From the human T2T-CHM13v2.0 reference genome, Homo sapiens, in NCBI RefSeq assembly GCF_009914755.1, contig NC_060926.1: a stretch of DNA of 64,000 bases; one strand, written 5' to 3'. The position numbers and the translations under genes were made by a program. Positions 1 to 13,054 of the stretch are shown piece by piece. The notes beneath the pieces were generated by a model. The model made no database searches, was not told where the DNA came from, and saw only the letters and a program-made list of their open reading frames with translations. Each line of letters begins with the position of its first letter. Positions within the stretch are counted from its first letter, which is position 1.

Positions 1-143
1 ACACATGCATATGCAGGACAAGGGAGGTCTGCTGTGCAGAGGGAGTTTATTATATTGAAGAGAAGGATTGCAATTGCTGTCTTCACACATTTGTAAGGTG
101 ACTAGGCCAGGGCTGTCCCTTTGGGTATAAAAAGTGAGTGGCA

Positions 144-441
<298 letters not shown>

Positions 442-1229
442 GGAGGGGAGTTTGTAGGGGAGTGTCTATGGGACACAAAAATGAAGAGTTTAGGTTGAGA
501 AGTCAGACAAAAACTAGTTAGCAAGCACTGGCCATGTATAATTATCAAGAAAAGATGATCTATGCTCTCTATTCTGGGGTGTGGGTTATTTGAGGAATGC
601 AACTTTTCTCCCTCTTCATTCTTGTTTTCTACCTCTCAGACATAAGAAGAGGGAAAATCGACCTTCCTCACCTAAACTCAGGCTCACATCTCTAAAGATG
701 TCAAGACCCAGAGAGTTCTAGATGGAAGAAGACATTGTTACTATTCCTTAAATTCACTCATTGTTTAGTCAAAGGGTCAAGTAACCCAAACCTTCCAAAA
801 CAGAGAAAATTCATAATTCCCAACTCATACAGAAACTTGCTTATTAAATGCTGCTTTTAATATTAAAGAGTCTTACTTCTCAAGCCATGTATAAAGAACA
901 CAGGTGACCAAATACATCATGATTTCCTTTTCCAGTTGTTGCTGCTGAAGGGAAAAAGGAAGTGGGAATGATCAATCCAAATCAGCTATGATGAAAACCG
1001 ATTCTCTCTGTATGTTTTCTACCTATTAGAAAACAATATATTTGAAAGACATTTTTCCTAAGTGGACATTAATCAATCCTACCCAGTAAAAATTCACTTT
1101 GCATTATATTACTCAACTTTTTTCCTCTAAAGAAATACAGAACAAAGTGGGTAGAAATATATTTCAGGAAGAGCTAGGAAAATTGTCGAAGAATATTCAT
1201 AGAAAAGGAGGACCATGGTGCCACGCAAG

Positions 1230-1441
1230 CTACTTAAGGCCCTTTTGTATCCCACGGGCATCTGGGGAAGCCACATATGTGTGTTGCAATGTAATTGCAT
1301 CATTTCTCCGAATCTGAGGGGAGGGTTTTGCTCTATATAAATTGTGGTCACAGAAGCTAAGTTCACTTCTGCTGTATTTGTGGCCAGGAGAAGAATTGCA
1401 CACAATTATACATCTTTGATGGTCGTGCATGGAAGCGAATC
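1230..1441 (-). other. Candidate minus-strand exon (acceptor at 1441), unconfirmed
   Basis: Minus strand reads ggttttatttttag|GATTCGC. The sequence is non-repetitive, with an open frame GFASMHDHQR...GLK* ending at 1230. No recognised homology. Confidence 0.2.
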
Positions 1442-2429
1442 CTAAAAATAAAACCAACTATTCTATCAAGTTCTCCCAGCACACATCTATCAAATTTATG
1501 AGACCTCAAGAGTGTGAATTTGGAAACTAAAGAATTGTGCTTCCCCTAAAATGATTCCCAAAGGTGTATGGGTCAACAGAGAATGGAATCCTTCACAGTG
1601 GGACAGGGAGCCAGCAGACAGTATCTGGGTATGACATCGTCGATGAAAGACTGTTTCAATCACCTAATACATCTGCAAAAACTGTTTTGGCACCCAGTTA
1701 TTGAGTCCACAAAGGTTTAATTTAACAGTGCAAATACACAACTTCCTATGTGTATCTGTGTATGTTTTTAATGACCTACATACAGGCTACTATTTTATAG
1801 TGGCTTCCAGCAGAGAGAGGGAAAAACAAGATTCAACTATAGAAGCTGTCTATATTTAATATTTCTGTTAGTTTTCTGTCTGCCAGTCTGGCAGATTGGC
1901 CCAATTGGAAAAACAACATCTATGATTGCTGAAACAGTTCCTGGCTACATTTGGCACCCTTAATCACTGAATGACACAGAAATCCCTGTCTGAAAATCTA
2001 AGGCAAAAGAGGCCAGCCTTTGTATATCACCAAGACTTATCTGTTTGTCTTTATTTCGAAGTCCAAATTCTAATGTCATTATTCAGTTCAATAGCATAGC
2101 AGTCCACAAGATTTCACAAAAACAATGAAAACTCTATGCAAATCCTTGGTAAACTGATGTCATCAGTCTCATGTCACTATAAAAAAATGAATCTGTCTCC
2201 TGTTTTGTTTTGTTTTGTGCTATGTTTCTAGGTCAAGAAAAAAGAAAAAAAACTTACATTCACTTCACTCGAACTCTATTTTTAACAGTAAAAGAGTTAA
2301 AGTAATTTTTATATATTGATAGGTAACAAGCAAATAAGAAAAAAAATAACTATTGGCACCATGTGCTTTAGATCACTATTTGGCTTACAAAATTCCTAAA
2401 TGTGGTGAAAAAAAGTTTTTAAGTACTGA

Positions 2430-2600
2430 ACGTGAAGTTAGAAGTGCCAAGTTTGAAAGCTGGTCCTGACTCTTAGTAGCTGGTTGAGATTTGACAACTC
2501 ACTCAACCCTCTGAGTCACTCAATCTCACATTATTGCAAGATCAAATAGGGTTCCATGCAAAAAAGCTGATAAAAGACAAAGTGTTATTCAAATGTAACA
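2430..2600 (+). mobile_element. MIR fragment
   Basis: Diverged MIR core (gactcttagtagctggttgagatttgacaactcactcaaccctctgagtc). Confidence 0.45.
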
Positions 2601-3044
2601 TATTATACTAGAAAATGAAAAGAGGACACAATAGCCTATAGGTAGTATTTCAATCAAAGTTTAACATTGAATACATATATAATTCTTAAAGGAGGAAATA
2701 AAAAAGACTGAAAATCTTATTCCCAGACTTCATCAGTGTTCATCTGCATTTTTTGGTCCTACATTTAATTAGCTTCTGAAAACTCAACAGAATGCTAATG
2801 GAAGTTATGTTTCTATGCAAGAAACCCTGGAAACATGAACATCTTTTTTTCTGAACATTTCAACATCACAAACTACAAATTACTGCCATAAACTGCTGCC
2901 TGTAGGGCCAGGTACCTTTTACCCTCAGTCCTGTGGTGGCCAATGATAGGAAGCACATGTCATCAGCAGTGATGGACTGATCTGGGGACAGGCACAGGGG
3001 AAGACTAATAACACTTCAGTGAAGCTTTGTCTTGGTTATAAAAA

Positions 3045-3220
3045 CAAAGCATGATCTTTGAAGTCAGACTGTTGTGATTCCAATCTTGGATCTACCATTT
3101 TTCATTTTCTTACTGTTGACTGGCATAATCACACTGCAGGATAATCATGTAGCTATGAGGTTTAACAGGATTATTTAAGGAAAGTGCCCCAGTCCTTAGC
3201 ACATAGAAAATGCCCAGTTA
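3045..3220 (+). mobile_element. MIR, interrupted by Alu and L1; tail appears to resume at about 4700-4725
   Basis: ctttgaagtcagactg...cttagcacatag; MIR-type end caattgttgctattatt follows the L1. Confidence 0.5.
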
Positions 3221-3543
<323 letters not shown>

Positions 3544-3546
3544 TCA

Positions 3547-3894
3547 GGATATAGTCCTTTGTCAGATGCATGGTTTGCAAATATTTTCTCCCACTCTATG
3601 GGTTGTCTGTTTATTCTGATAATTGTTTCTGTTGCTGTGCAGAAGCTTTTTAGTTTAATTAGGTCCCATCTATTTATTTTTGTTCTTGTTGCATATGCTT
3701 TCAGGTTTTTGGTCATGAACTCTTTGCCTGAGCCAATGTCCAGAAGAGTTTTTCTAATGTTATCTCCTAGAATTTTTATGGTTTCAGGTCTTAAATTTAA
3801 GTCTTTGATTCATCTTGATTTTTGTATAAGGTAAGAGACGAGGATCCAGTTTTGTTTTCTACATGTAGCTTGCTAGCTTTCCCAGCACCATTCA
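3547..3894 (-). mobile_element. L1 (L1PB-like) ORF2 segment, inverted 5' part of a twin-primed insertion
   Basis: Minus-strand translation [37 protein letters not shown] is the L1 ORF2p C-terminal region. Confidence 0.9.
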
Positions 3895-3900
3895 TTGACT

Positions 3901-4673
3901 AGCCAACAAACATATGTAAAAATCCTCAACACCACTAATCAAGGAAATGCAAATCAAAACCACAGTGACATACCATCTTACTCCTGCAAGAATGGCCATA
4001 ATTAAAAAGTCAAAAAACAATAGATATTGATGTAGATGTAGGAAAAAGGGAACACTTTAACACTGCTGGTAGGAATGTAAATTACTAAAACTACTCTGGA
4101 AAACAGTATGGCGATTCCTTAAAGAACTAAAAATAGAACTACCATTCAATCCAGCAATCCTACTACTGGGTATCTACAAAGAGGAAAAGAAGTCATTATA
4201 TGAAAAAGACACTTGCACATGCATGTTTATAGCAGCACAATTCACAGTTGCAAAGATATGGAACCAGCCTAAATGCCCAACAACCAATGAGTGGATAAAG
4301 AAAATGTGGTATATATACACCATGGAATACTACTGAGCCATAAAAATGAATGAAATAATACAGCAACTTGGCTGGAGCTGGAGGCCATTATTCTAAGTAA
4401 AGTAACTCAGGAATGGCAAACCAAACATCGTATGTTTTCACTTATAAATGTGAGCTAAGATATGAGGACACAAAGGCATAAGAATGATAATGACACAATG
4501 GACTCCAGGGACTATGGAGGGAAGGTTGGGGGAGGGGTGAGAGATAAAAGACTACAATGTACACTCGTCAGGTGACAAGTGGACTAAAATCTCAGAAATA
4601 GCCACTAAATAACTTATCCATGTACCAAAAAACCACATGTATCACGAAAACTATTAAAACTAAAAATAAAAAA
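3901..4673 (+). mobile_element. L1PB-like 3' end (end of ORF2, 3'UTR, A-rich tail)
   Basis: gccaacaaacatatg...gaaatgcaaatcaaaaccac; L1PB-type 3'UTR ctaaaatctcagaaatagccactaaataacttatccatgtacc. Confidence 0.9.
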
Positions 4674-5149
4674 TTATTCCCATGAAATTTTTTTTAAAAA
4701 GAAAATAATCAATTGTTGCTATTATTCTTACAATCAACTGTGAGCTGATGTCTGGAATATTTTAATGTCCACCCAAATTTTCAACACCTGAAAAACTGTT
4801 AATAGGAAACAAGTGAACATGTGAAAAATAAAACATTATGTTCCTGATAGTATATTGGTATGTTTGTTTTAGAATAAACGTATTTTTGCAATAGGAAAGA
4901 ATTTCACTCCACTCCCTCACTAGCACATTAGTTCAAGTTGTTAGCACCACACTCTAACCAATGGAGCTAGCCAGCCAGTTCACATTGGCGCAAGTTGGAA
5001 AACAAATTCATTCTAACTAACTTCATTCTCACCTCACTTATCTGATCAGTCTTTGAACCCTGTCTGTCCAACCCCGGAATCCTCCCTCAGAGCCCCCAAC
5101 CCTGCTGTCTGTGCTGACTCTGCTCTGCCCTGCACCTCATCACCTCTCT

Positions 5150-5410
5150 CTTCTACAGCTTCTTGCTCTCTTCATTTGTGTCCACGCCTCCAGGCTCTTC
5201 CTCTTCAATCCACTGTCTACACTGCCACCTGTTACTGAGTTAAAACAGTGAGCCGACCCATGGATGCCAAGGAGAATAAACTTCCAATGGTGTCTCATTA
5301 ACGAAAAAGTTCAACTTTCCTATTGCAAAGTGCAGCTTGCTTCACAACCAGGCCCCAGGCAACCTCGCAGTCTCATAGCCAGATGTTCCCTCCTCACTGC
5401 CATTTTGCAC
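5150..5410 (+). mobile_element. L2 fragment
   Basis: Pyrimidine-rich, resembles L2 3' region (ctcttcaatccactgtctacactgcc...cttccaatgg). Confidence 0.45.
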
Positions 5411-5417
5411 CTGAGTA

Positions 5418-5767
5418 CAGTCACACCCTGCGTAACGATGTTTCCATCAACCAGGGACAGCATATACTACGCTGGCCCCATGAGATTATAATACCATATT
5501 CTATTTTGCCTTCCCTGTGTTTAGAATTGTTTAGATACACAGATACTATTGTGTTGTAATTGTGTTGTGTTGTACAATATTCAGGACAGTAACATGCTAA
5601 ACAGGTCTGTAGCCCATGAGAAATAGGCTGTAACACACAGCCTAGGTGTGTAGTAGGCTGTGCCATCCAGGTTTGTGGGGGTACGCTATGATGTTCACAA
5701 AACAATGAAATCCCCTAAGGATACATTTTTCTAAGGACCATATCTCTGTCTTTAAATAACACTGACT
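5418..5767 (+). mobile_element. Tigger3a (MER7A) DNA transposon MITE
   Basis: TA|CAGTCA start; gcctaggtgtgtagtaggctgtgccatcc internal motif; TGACT end. Confidence 0.85.
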
Positions 5768-5789
5768 TGGATGCAAGTCACCTTCTAGA

Positions 5790-5983
5790 ACAGGGTTTTC
5801 TAATAGATATTTCTGAGATTATAGAAATGTTCTATTCTGAATAGCCCCGAACAGTAGCCACTAGTCAGGAGGGGCTATTGAGCACTTGAGATGTAGCTAG
5901 TGAGACTGAGGAACTGAATTATAAATCTTTATTAATTTTTAAATAGCCACATGTGGCTGGTGGCTACTATATCAGACAACACA
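5790..5983 (+). mobile_element. MER3 (hAT-Charlie MITE)
   Basis: gtagccactag...ggctattgagcacttgagatgtagctagtgagactgaggaactgaat...aaatagccacatgtggct. Confidence 0.85.
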
Positions 5984-5992
5984 ATACTAAAG

Positions 5993-6150
5993 GTTTGCTA
6001 CTCAAAGCGTGGTCTGGGGACCAGCAGCTTTCACATCACCTGCTGCATTTCTGTTAGAAATGAGAAATCATGAATCTACAAACAGAATCTACATTTTACC
6101 AAGATTCCCAGGTGATTTGCATACACATCACAATTTGTGAGATACTGCTC
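5993..6150 (+). mobile_element. MER5A1-like hAT-Charlie MITE
   Basis: gctactcaaagcgtggtc...gaccagcagc...gttagaaatg...aagattcccaggtgatt. Confidence 0.8.
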
Positions 6151-6999
6151 TGAAACTTTTCTTGATGAGACTGATTAGCTTCTGGCTCTTCAGGGGAATA
6201 AAATCCCAGCATTCATGTGTTCAATAGAGAAACTAGAGATTACAATATTACTCCAGTAATCTTCCTATAAAGACACCAAGATAGAGGAATGACTCCAGAA
6301 TTCAGTCATCTGGAGTCCTCTTAAATGTGATCTGTATTCAACCTCACTCAACTGAAACCCCCTTTCCTTTCCATTAGAACTGGCTTTACATCTAAACTTT
6401 GCAAGTATATTCCTTAAAAGATTTTTACTGTTGCTAGGGAGAGGCCTCTTTACTGCACCTGATAGCTCCCCTAAACTTCTTACTGATGTTGAAATTAGTT
6501 TGCCAACTCTTTTCATAATTAGAGATAAAATTTCAAAAGCATATCCCCGTGGAAAAAAGTATATAATGTTTGCACTAGGCTAGTGGAAACAACATCATTT
6601 ACCCGAGTACTAAATGTGATAAGGAAGGGGTGAGAAAGGGGACCTCTCTGGGAACTTAAAGTGGAAAGAAAGACAAACAGCAGAGGTCAAGGAAGAGAGA
6701 AGAAAGAAAACCCAAGGTTCCACACAGCAGGATACACAGGCTCCTATTCTGGACTTAGAAAGCCATCGTGGTTCCGAATCACATCCTACAGAGAATGGTA
6801 ATAGCCACTCTAGCAAACCAAATTCTTGGAATATTAGAGATATGTGTTGGAAAGGTCAGAGTGCCTCCAATTGATCCCCATGTTGAACCATTCTTTGGCA
6901 CAGTCATTTGTACCCCAGCCTGATTTGTCACTGACAGGAACACCAGAGTTCCTTCTGTAGTGGATATTTGTATGTGTTCGCTTGTTTTCAGGGCCAGCA

Positions 7000-7505
7000 C
7001 GCACCTCCCCGTTTTTCCAATATTAACTCTAGAATTTTATCTGGGGATTTACCTTCCAGTATGTCTCACATTAGGTAGAGCGCTTCTTCCACTCAAAAGT
7101 GGAAAAGATGGTAAATGTTAACCATTAGCCTGATGACTGTGATTGGTTCAGAGAATTGCACATTAGTCAATTAAAACAAAACAGAAACATGGACTTTGGC
7201 TGGGACTTCTAAGAAAGATACCCTTGTTCTATTTAGTTGGACTTGAAGCCATAAAGCATGGAATTGTGCCAGCCATTTTGATACTACAAGGAGAGAATAT
7301 TCTATTAGAGTGAATCCAAGTGGAACCTGAGTACAGTGATTGAAAAGAAGAAAAGGGTCCCAATGCCCCCTTTGAGTATCTGGCTCAGACCTCACCTGAA
7401 GCCAGCCCCATACATTGTTCATTGTGTGAGTCAATAGATGGCACCTTTGCCTAAAAAAGCTTGGGTTCAGTTATGCATCTCGTGGAACCAAATGAATCCT
7501 AACAG
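7000..7505 (+). mobile_element. Old MaLR LTR (MLT1J/K-like)
   Basis: gtgattggttcag...cacctgaagccagccc...gtgagtcaata...aaccaaatgaatcctaaca end. Confidence 0.55.
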
Positions 7506-8984
7506 ATAAATCTACTCTCAAACAAATATCCTAGGAGGAAAAGAAAAAGCTGGCTGAATAAATTAACATAAAGAAATGGTAAATACAGTGCTCTTAGCTC
7601 TTAGCCTAATGTGGTATAAGAGTTGTCTTGTGAAGACTAAACTTTCTTACTTTCTTCCTTTTCTACTACATGGATTTCTGTAAATAAATGTATACGGCAG
7701 AAATAAACTAAAATAAGTTCTTTAGTAAACAAAATATAAAAATTAACTTGTAATCATAAGCTCTCTGTTGTTCCCATTTATTTAAGGCAGTGATAACATT
7801 ACCATGAGTGAAAAATCATAAGATTTCCAAATGTACAATTAAACTCCTTATAATCTATATTTTACAGATTAAGCACAATTTAATTTTATTATACCAAAAA
7901 AATGGAGGCTGGAGTACACACTCATGGCTATCTTGCCCTATTAGTAAAATCTGACCTCTATAGGGAAGGCTGTGAGAACAGAAGAAAAAATGGAAGAGAA
8001 GTCAGTGGTATTTTCCAAAATGTTGGAAGCAGAATTTTATAGTGGTGACTATAATTATTCTATGACATGTGTTAAGACATCTGGGTCATTTCTTCTTAGT
8101 AAAACAATGTTAGCAATTAAGCTGAGTCTATTTCACATAAGACATTAAGTCATGTAAAACACATAAGTAACAACAATAAATCAGTGTCAGGGTTTCTGAC
8201 AGTGCATAATGTAATACCAGGCATAGAGTAGCATTCTATCTTGAACCACTTTAACCACTTGCACCCCTAAAGGAAATGCCAGTCACGTGTCCCAAATCAG
8301 AAGTTTCCACAACACCAGAGACTTTCAGCATGTCATTGCTCTTTGGAGACTATGTGCAAAAACGCATCAGTACATGGACTCATTTTAACATGAATCCTTT
8401 TTTAGAGGAAGCTAAGTGCTCTGTATCAAATCAGGAATGAGAGTTGCAGCCAATGAAGATGGAAAAAAAAAAAAGATAGCTTATCCCTTACTGCTGGCAA
8501 AGCCAATTAGGCCTATCTTTGTTTCATGACAGCTATATAAAGAATTGGGGAGTTGAGAGAGTGGGCATTTGATATGGATGTGCAAACTAATTCTTTCTGT
8601 TGGCTCACATAAACAACATTTAGTAGAATATCCGGTAGATGTTTTTTGGCCTCATTTCCCCAAACCATGTAAGGCAATGCAATCTAATCCATGCAGTGGT
8701 TTTCTGTCTTGTATCCAAAAAAAATACAAGAGCTTCTTCAGACAGAGAATTTAAGATGAGTTGAGGACTCAATTCTGATTCATTGGATTATTCCACTTGA
8801 AACTAAAATTAAGCTCACATTCACATGATGTGCTTGATGACTTTGACTTTCTCAATTTCTGTCATGAACTAGTGATACAGTAATTGTACAATATGCAAAT
8901 TCAGCACCAACAGAAATTTTGCATTGTAATTTAATTTATTTGAGTTCATTTAGTCCTTTATAATTTCTTTATCCATCAATCTTT

Positions 8985-9085
8985 TCTAATAGATTGTGAA
9001 CTCCTGGAAAGCAAAAGCTTCATTTGTGTCTACTTTGTCAGCTCTCTACTCATAGTGGAATCTCAACTGTTTGTGAAATAAATTT
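8985..9085 (+). mobile_element. L2 3' end
   Basis: tagattgtgaactcctggaaagca...gtttgtgaaataaat. Confidence 0.5.
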
Positions 9086-9239
9086 AGTATTGGTTTCTAC
9101 AAAGAAGTATATTAAGCATTTCAGTTAATATCTTATTAAAGAAGTCCCACAAATAAGGTTAAATAGGATTCTTCTGGGCAGCATTCATTCTTATCTCACA
9201 AACATACATTTTTAGACGTTCTCTTAAGCACAAGACCTA

Positions 9240-9470
9240 TAGCAATAATATCTAGCGTGCCCTGACTGCTCACTCTGAGTCAGGCCAAACACTAGGCACT
9301 CTGATTCCATTATTCCTTCTCTCTTTGCAACTACCTTATACAGTATGACTGTACTATCTAAATGTCACAAATAAGGTAGCTAATGCTTAATGTTTAAAGA
9401 ACTTTATGTACCCAAGGTCGTACAATCTGAAACCTGGATTTCTTGTTGTTAACTATCGCCCTATGCTCCA
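9240..9470 (-). mobile_element. MIR
   Basis: Antisense MIR pattern (acaaataaggtagctaatgctta...cccaaggtcgtaca). Confidence 0.45.
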
Positions 9471-11329
9471 AAGCCAATATGTTTTGCATGTTGATAACTA
9501 TGAGAACCAGTAGAAAAATGCCAAGTCTATAGGAGCAATAAGGAAGTAATTACCTTTACTATAAACTTTAATTTTTCTTGCTTTTTGTTTCTTAGTTTCA
9601 GAAATGAGATCAACCACATAAATTCATTTAAACCCAAGGGCATATATGGGGATGACTGTATGAGATCTTAAATCCAAAAACTGTTTGGCTCATAAAGGTT
9701 GGCATAAGCCAGCACCACTGGAAAGCACAGTCTGCTGCATGCTCAGAGAAAACAGGTGTGCAGAATGGGGTATGAATCATGCAACTGGCTTCGATTGGTG
9801 GGTTCACAAAGTTATTTGAGCATGGGACATAGGCCATTCCCTATTATGTCAGCCACTTCTCCTACATGTTTCAAGAGATGAAAAAATGACACAGGTCAAA
9901 AAAATTACAAGCATTTTCTATGACAATTGAAGATGCTTGTCTGGACAGCTGTTACCCTGAATCAGCAAATAGTTTAAAGTGACTAATGTTCATTCTGACA
10001 CAAAATGTTATTTACTTGATCTTTTCATATAAATGTTACAATAACTTTTTTCACTTTAAAGGATTTTTGTAATGTAAAATAGGAAAAGTTATCTAAATTA
10101 GCACTAGAAAAAAAAACTTTTATATAAGGTTAAATCCATTTATTTTACCAATAGCCTATATTGAGTTCAAGAGCTAGCAAATAGGGTGTGAGATCAATTA
10201 GGGGAATACCAAGAGGGCTGCACTGTTAAAATATTCTAGAAATCTCAATCTATTTTCTTAAGGCCTCTTTAATAGATCCAAGGAGAAATATATGGACATG
10301 TGAAACTAACTACTTGTCAGAACAGGGAGAAAGTTAAGGACAGTTTTCAAAAAACCAATAGTAGAAGGTACTTTATCCAACCTAAATCCTTACCTAATGG
10401 AGAAAAAACAATCCTCTTCTCCAATCATTTCTAGCTTTCCAAAGATTTTTTTCTGCCAAAGTCCCCCATCAAAAGTAAGAGAATAACAATCTTAGAAACT
10501 GTTAGTTCTGAGATTTGAGGGAGTGGGTGGTACAGTTGGAAAAAAACTGATTTGTTTTTTTCTTTGGGGTAGGGAAGAAAGGAGTTTGGGTAGATATTTG
10601 ACCTATATCTACCTATTTGACAAATCTAAAATTAGACCCTCCATTTTCACCCCTTTCTTATCCCAATCTTTCATCATTTCTGCAGTCTTTAAGACCTGAA
10701 TCCCTTGTTGGCTGCATCTTTCTCTCAGAGTGCTCAAGTCTATGGTTATTCTGCTATTCTATATTCTATATTTCACATCCAAAAATAATTTTTGAAATAC
10801 ATTGTTTGGTTAAGTTTGCCCCCAACTACATTTTCTTCTAGGATCATACTTGGTCTTTATTCTGTTACTGTTATTTTGACTCCATCTCTGGATGCAAAAG
10901 AAATAAACCTGTGTGTGCAGTTCACCGTTTTCAATAGGAAGACTATTTATACTTAATAATTGAGAATTCACTTAACCATTCATTCTGTATTCAAAAACCA
11001 CTTATTGAATATATTCTAACAGCCAGTGTCCTAAAAGTCTAATAAGTATATTATGTATTAACTTACTATTTTTTAAAATCATATGTCTTCTATGTACCAG
11101 GCATTGTAAAGAACTTCATGACTTAGTGTCTCAGGATACCAAAGGAGATAGCTAAGAGGAGATCTAAATTTTCTGTTCTCAAAAAGGTAAAGATGAAGAA
11201 GAAACATTTGTCTCTCTCAGGGGCCTGAGTGAAATGGCTTCTGGAATGCTCAAGAATTCTGAGAAGTGCAACCTACATGGAGACTAAATAATCTGAATTG
11301 CCAGTTTCAATAGTGAGGTGAAGCTTACT

Positions 11330-11785
11330 AATCATGCCCTTTCTCAAATCTCTTCTTCCTCATGGTAAGAGAGTTTCTTCCTTTAGTTTTGGCTGGAATC
11401 ATGAGCAACCTGCTAGAAACTGCATTTTCAGCTTCCTTTGCAAAGAAATATGAGTAGAAATAACTTCTGCATAACTTCCAAGTTGTTTATATACAATAAA
11501 ATTCATTCTCTGAGACCTCCTCCCTTTTCCTTCATCATGAGCCGTAAATAAAGAAAAATCAATGTCCCACTTTGATCATGCAGAGTTAGTCAGTGACCTA
11601 ATGGGTAGAAGAAGAAAATGTCAGTGGAAGCCAAGTCTCTTAATGGCCCCAGGGAGCAGAGCTTCCTCACCCAGCTAGACCAAGCAGATGGTTTCATGAG
11701 GAATCAAAGACGACTTTCTTATTCAGACCACTATATGTTGGGGTCTCTTTGTGAAAACATCCTAAAAGTTGCTCTAAATAATACA
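11330..11785 (+). mobile_element. Old ERVL-type LTR (LTR16/LTR33-like)
   Basis: actgcattttcagcttcctttgca...ccactatatgttggggtctctttgt; highly diverged. Confidence 0.35.
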
Positions 11786-13054
11786 ATAGCCTTATTTTGC
11801 CAAATAATCGTAAGTTTCTCTATCAGTTTCCATATATCTATTAAAATTACGTTTTAAATAGTGTAAACCATAGTTTCCAAATATTCAAATTGTATTTAAA
11901 TAAAATTTCAGGTGCTACGTTGCTAAATAAAAATTCAGTAAGCGAATTCACATAATAGCAATTACTCTAATCTTGGACAAAGCGAAGGAACAATGGTTAA
12001 ATCATACAATGGCTCCTGAAGGACCTACTCAGATATCACACACAGTTACTTCTACGCACATTCCATTTGTTTAAGTCAGTGATGAAGCCTGACTCAATGG
12101 GGTTGGAATATATAACCCCCGGCTTCACCAGAAAGACACTGTGGCTCTTATAACAATGGGTAGGAATATACAATCCTCTTACAAAGAAAACAACAAATAA
12201 CTGGGCGCAATAACACAGTCTCTACCACAACCAAATGAAACAAACTCTAAATAAGTTTCAGCTACAAGGCAAATAATTTAAATGGGCTTCAATTTCATTC
12301 ATATGTCTTCATCTCCTTTGTGCCAATGGGATCTCATAACTAGAAGAGAATGTATTATATTTAGATATACTTTTAATTACATTTTAATGATAATGTTCTG
12401 GCCTTGTTACCTTCTATAAATAGAACCTATGGTCAGATATTAAAGCATTCATGCCTTAGTTTCTGATATTCTCACTCCTTTACCTCTGCAATAAAAACTT
12501 AACTTGCGACAGAAAGGATCTCTACCATTTTAGATCAAATTTATCTTTAGCTATGGTAAAGGCAACCTTGATCAATTCATAAATTCCATATATTAGAATT
12601 CAAAACAATAACTTCTATCATAAAATGACAAATAAGTATAAGGACTTATAAAGTATTCCCACACCATCATAACAAACTTCGTTCTTTATCCACTTAATTT
12701 TTACTAAAGTGAAATTAACATACCCTTTAGTCAGAAATTTTTTATCCTTGAAAGGCAAAAAAAAAAAAAAAAACTACCTTTATTCTATTTTTAGTAAAGA
12801 TTTGGTACATGACTATATAAACTATATATTACCGTCTTTCCTTTTTCAGCATTAACTACAACAGCAAAATAGTATCAAGTTGATCAGGTTAAGTTTTATA
12901 AAATTACATATCTGTTTGAATTGATTATGCATAAACAACTCCAAATAACTCTACTTAAAATGTAGAAGGATAAAAAGAAGCCCTATATTACTAAATGTGA
13001 GGCTTGAATCTTAAAATATTACTCAAATTTATTGCTTTAGGAAGCACCTAAATA

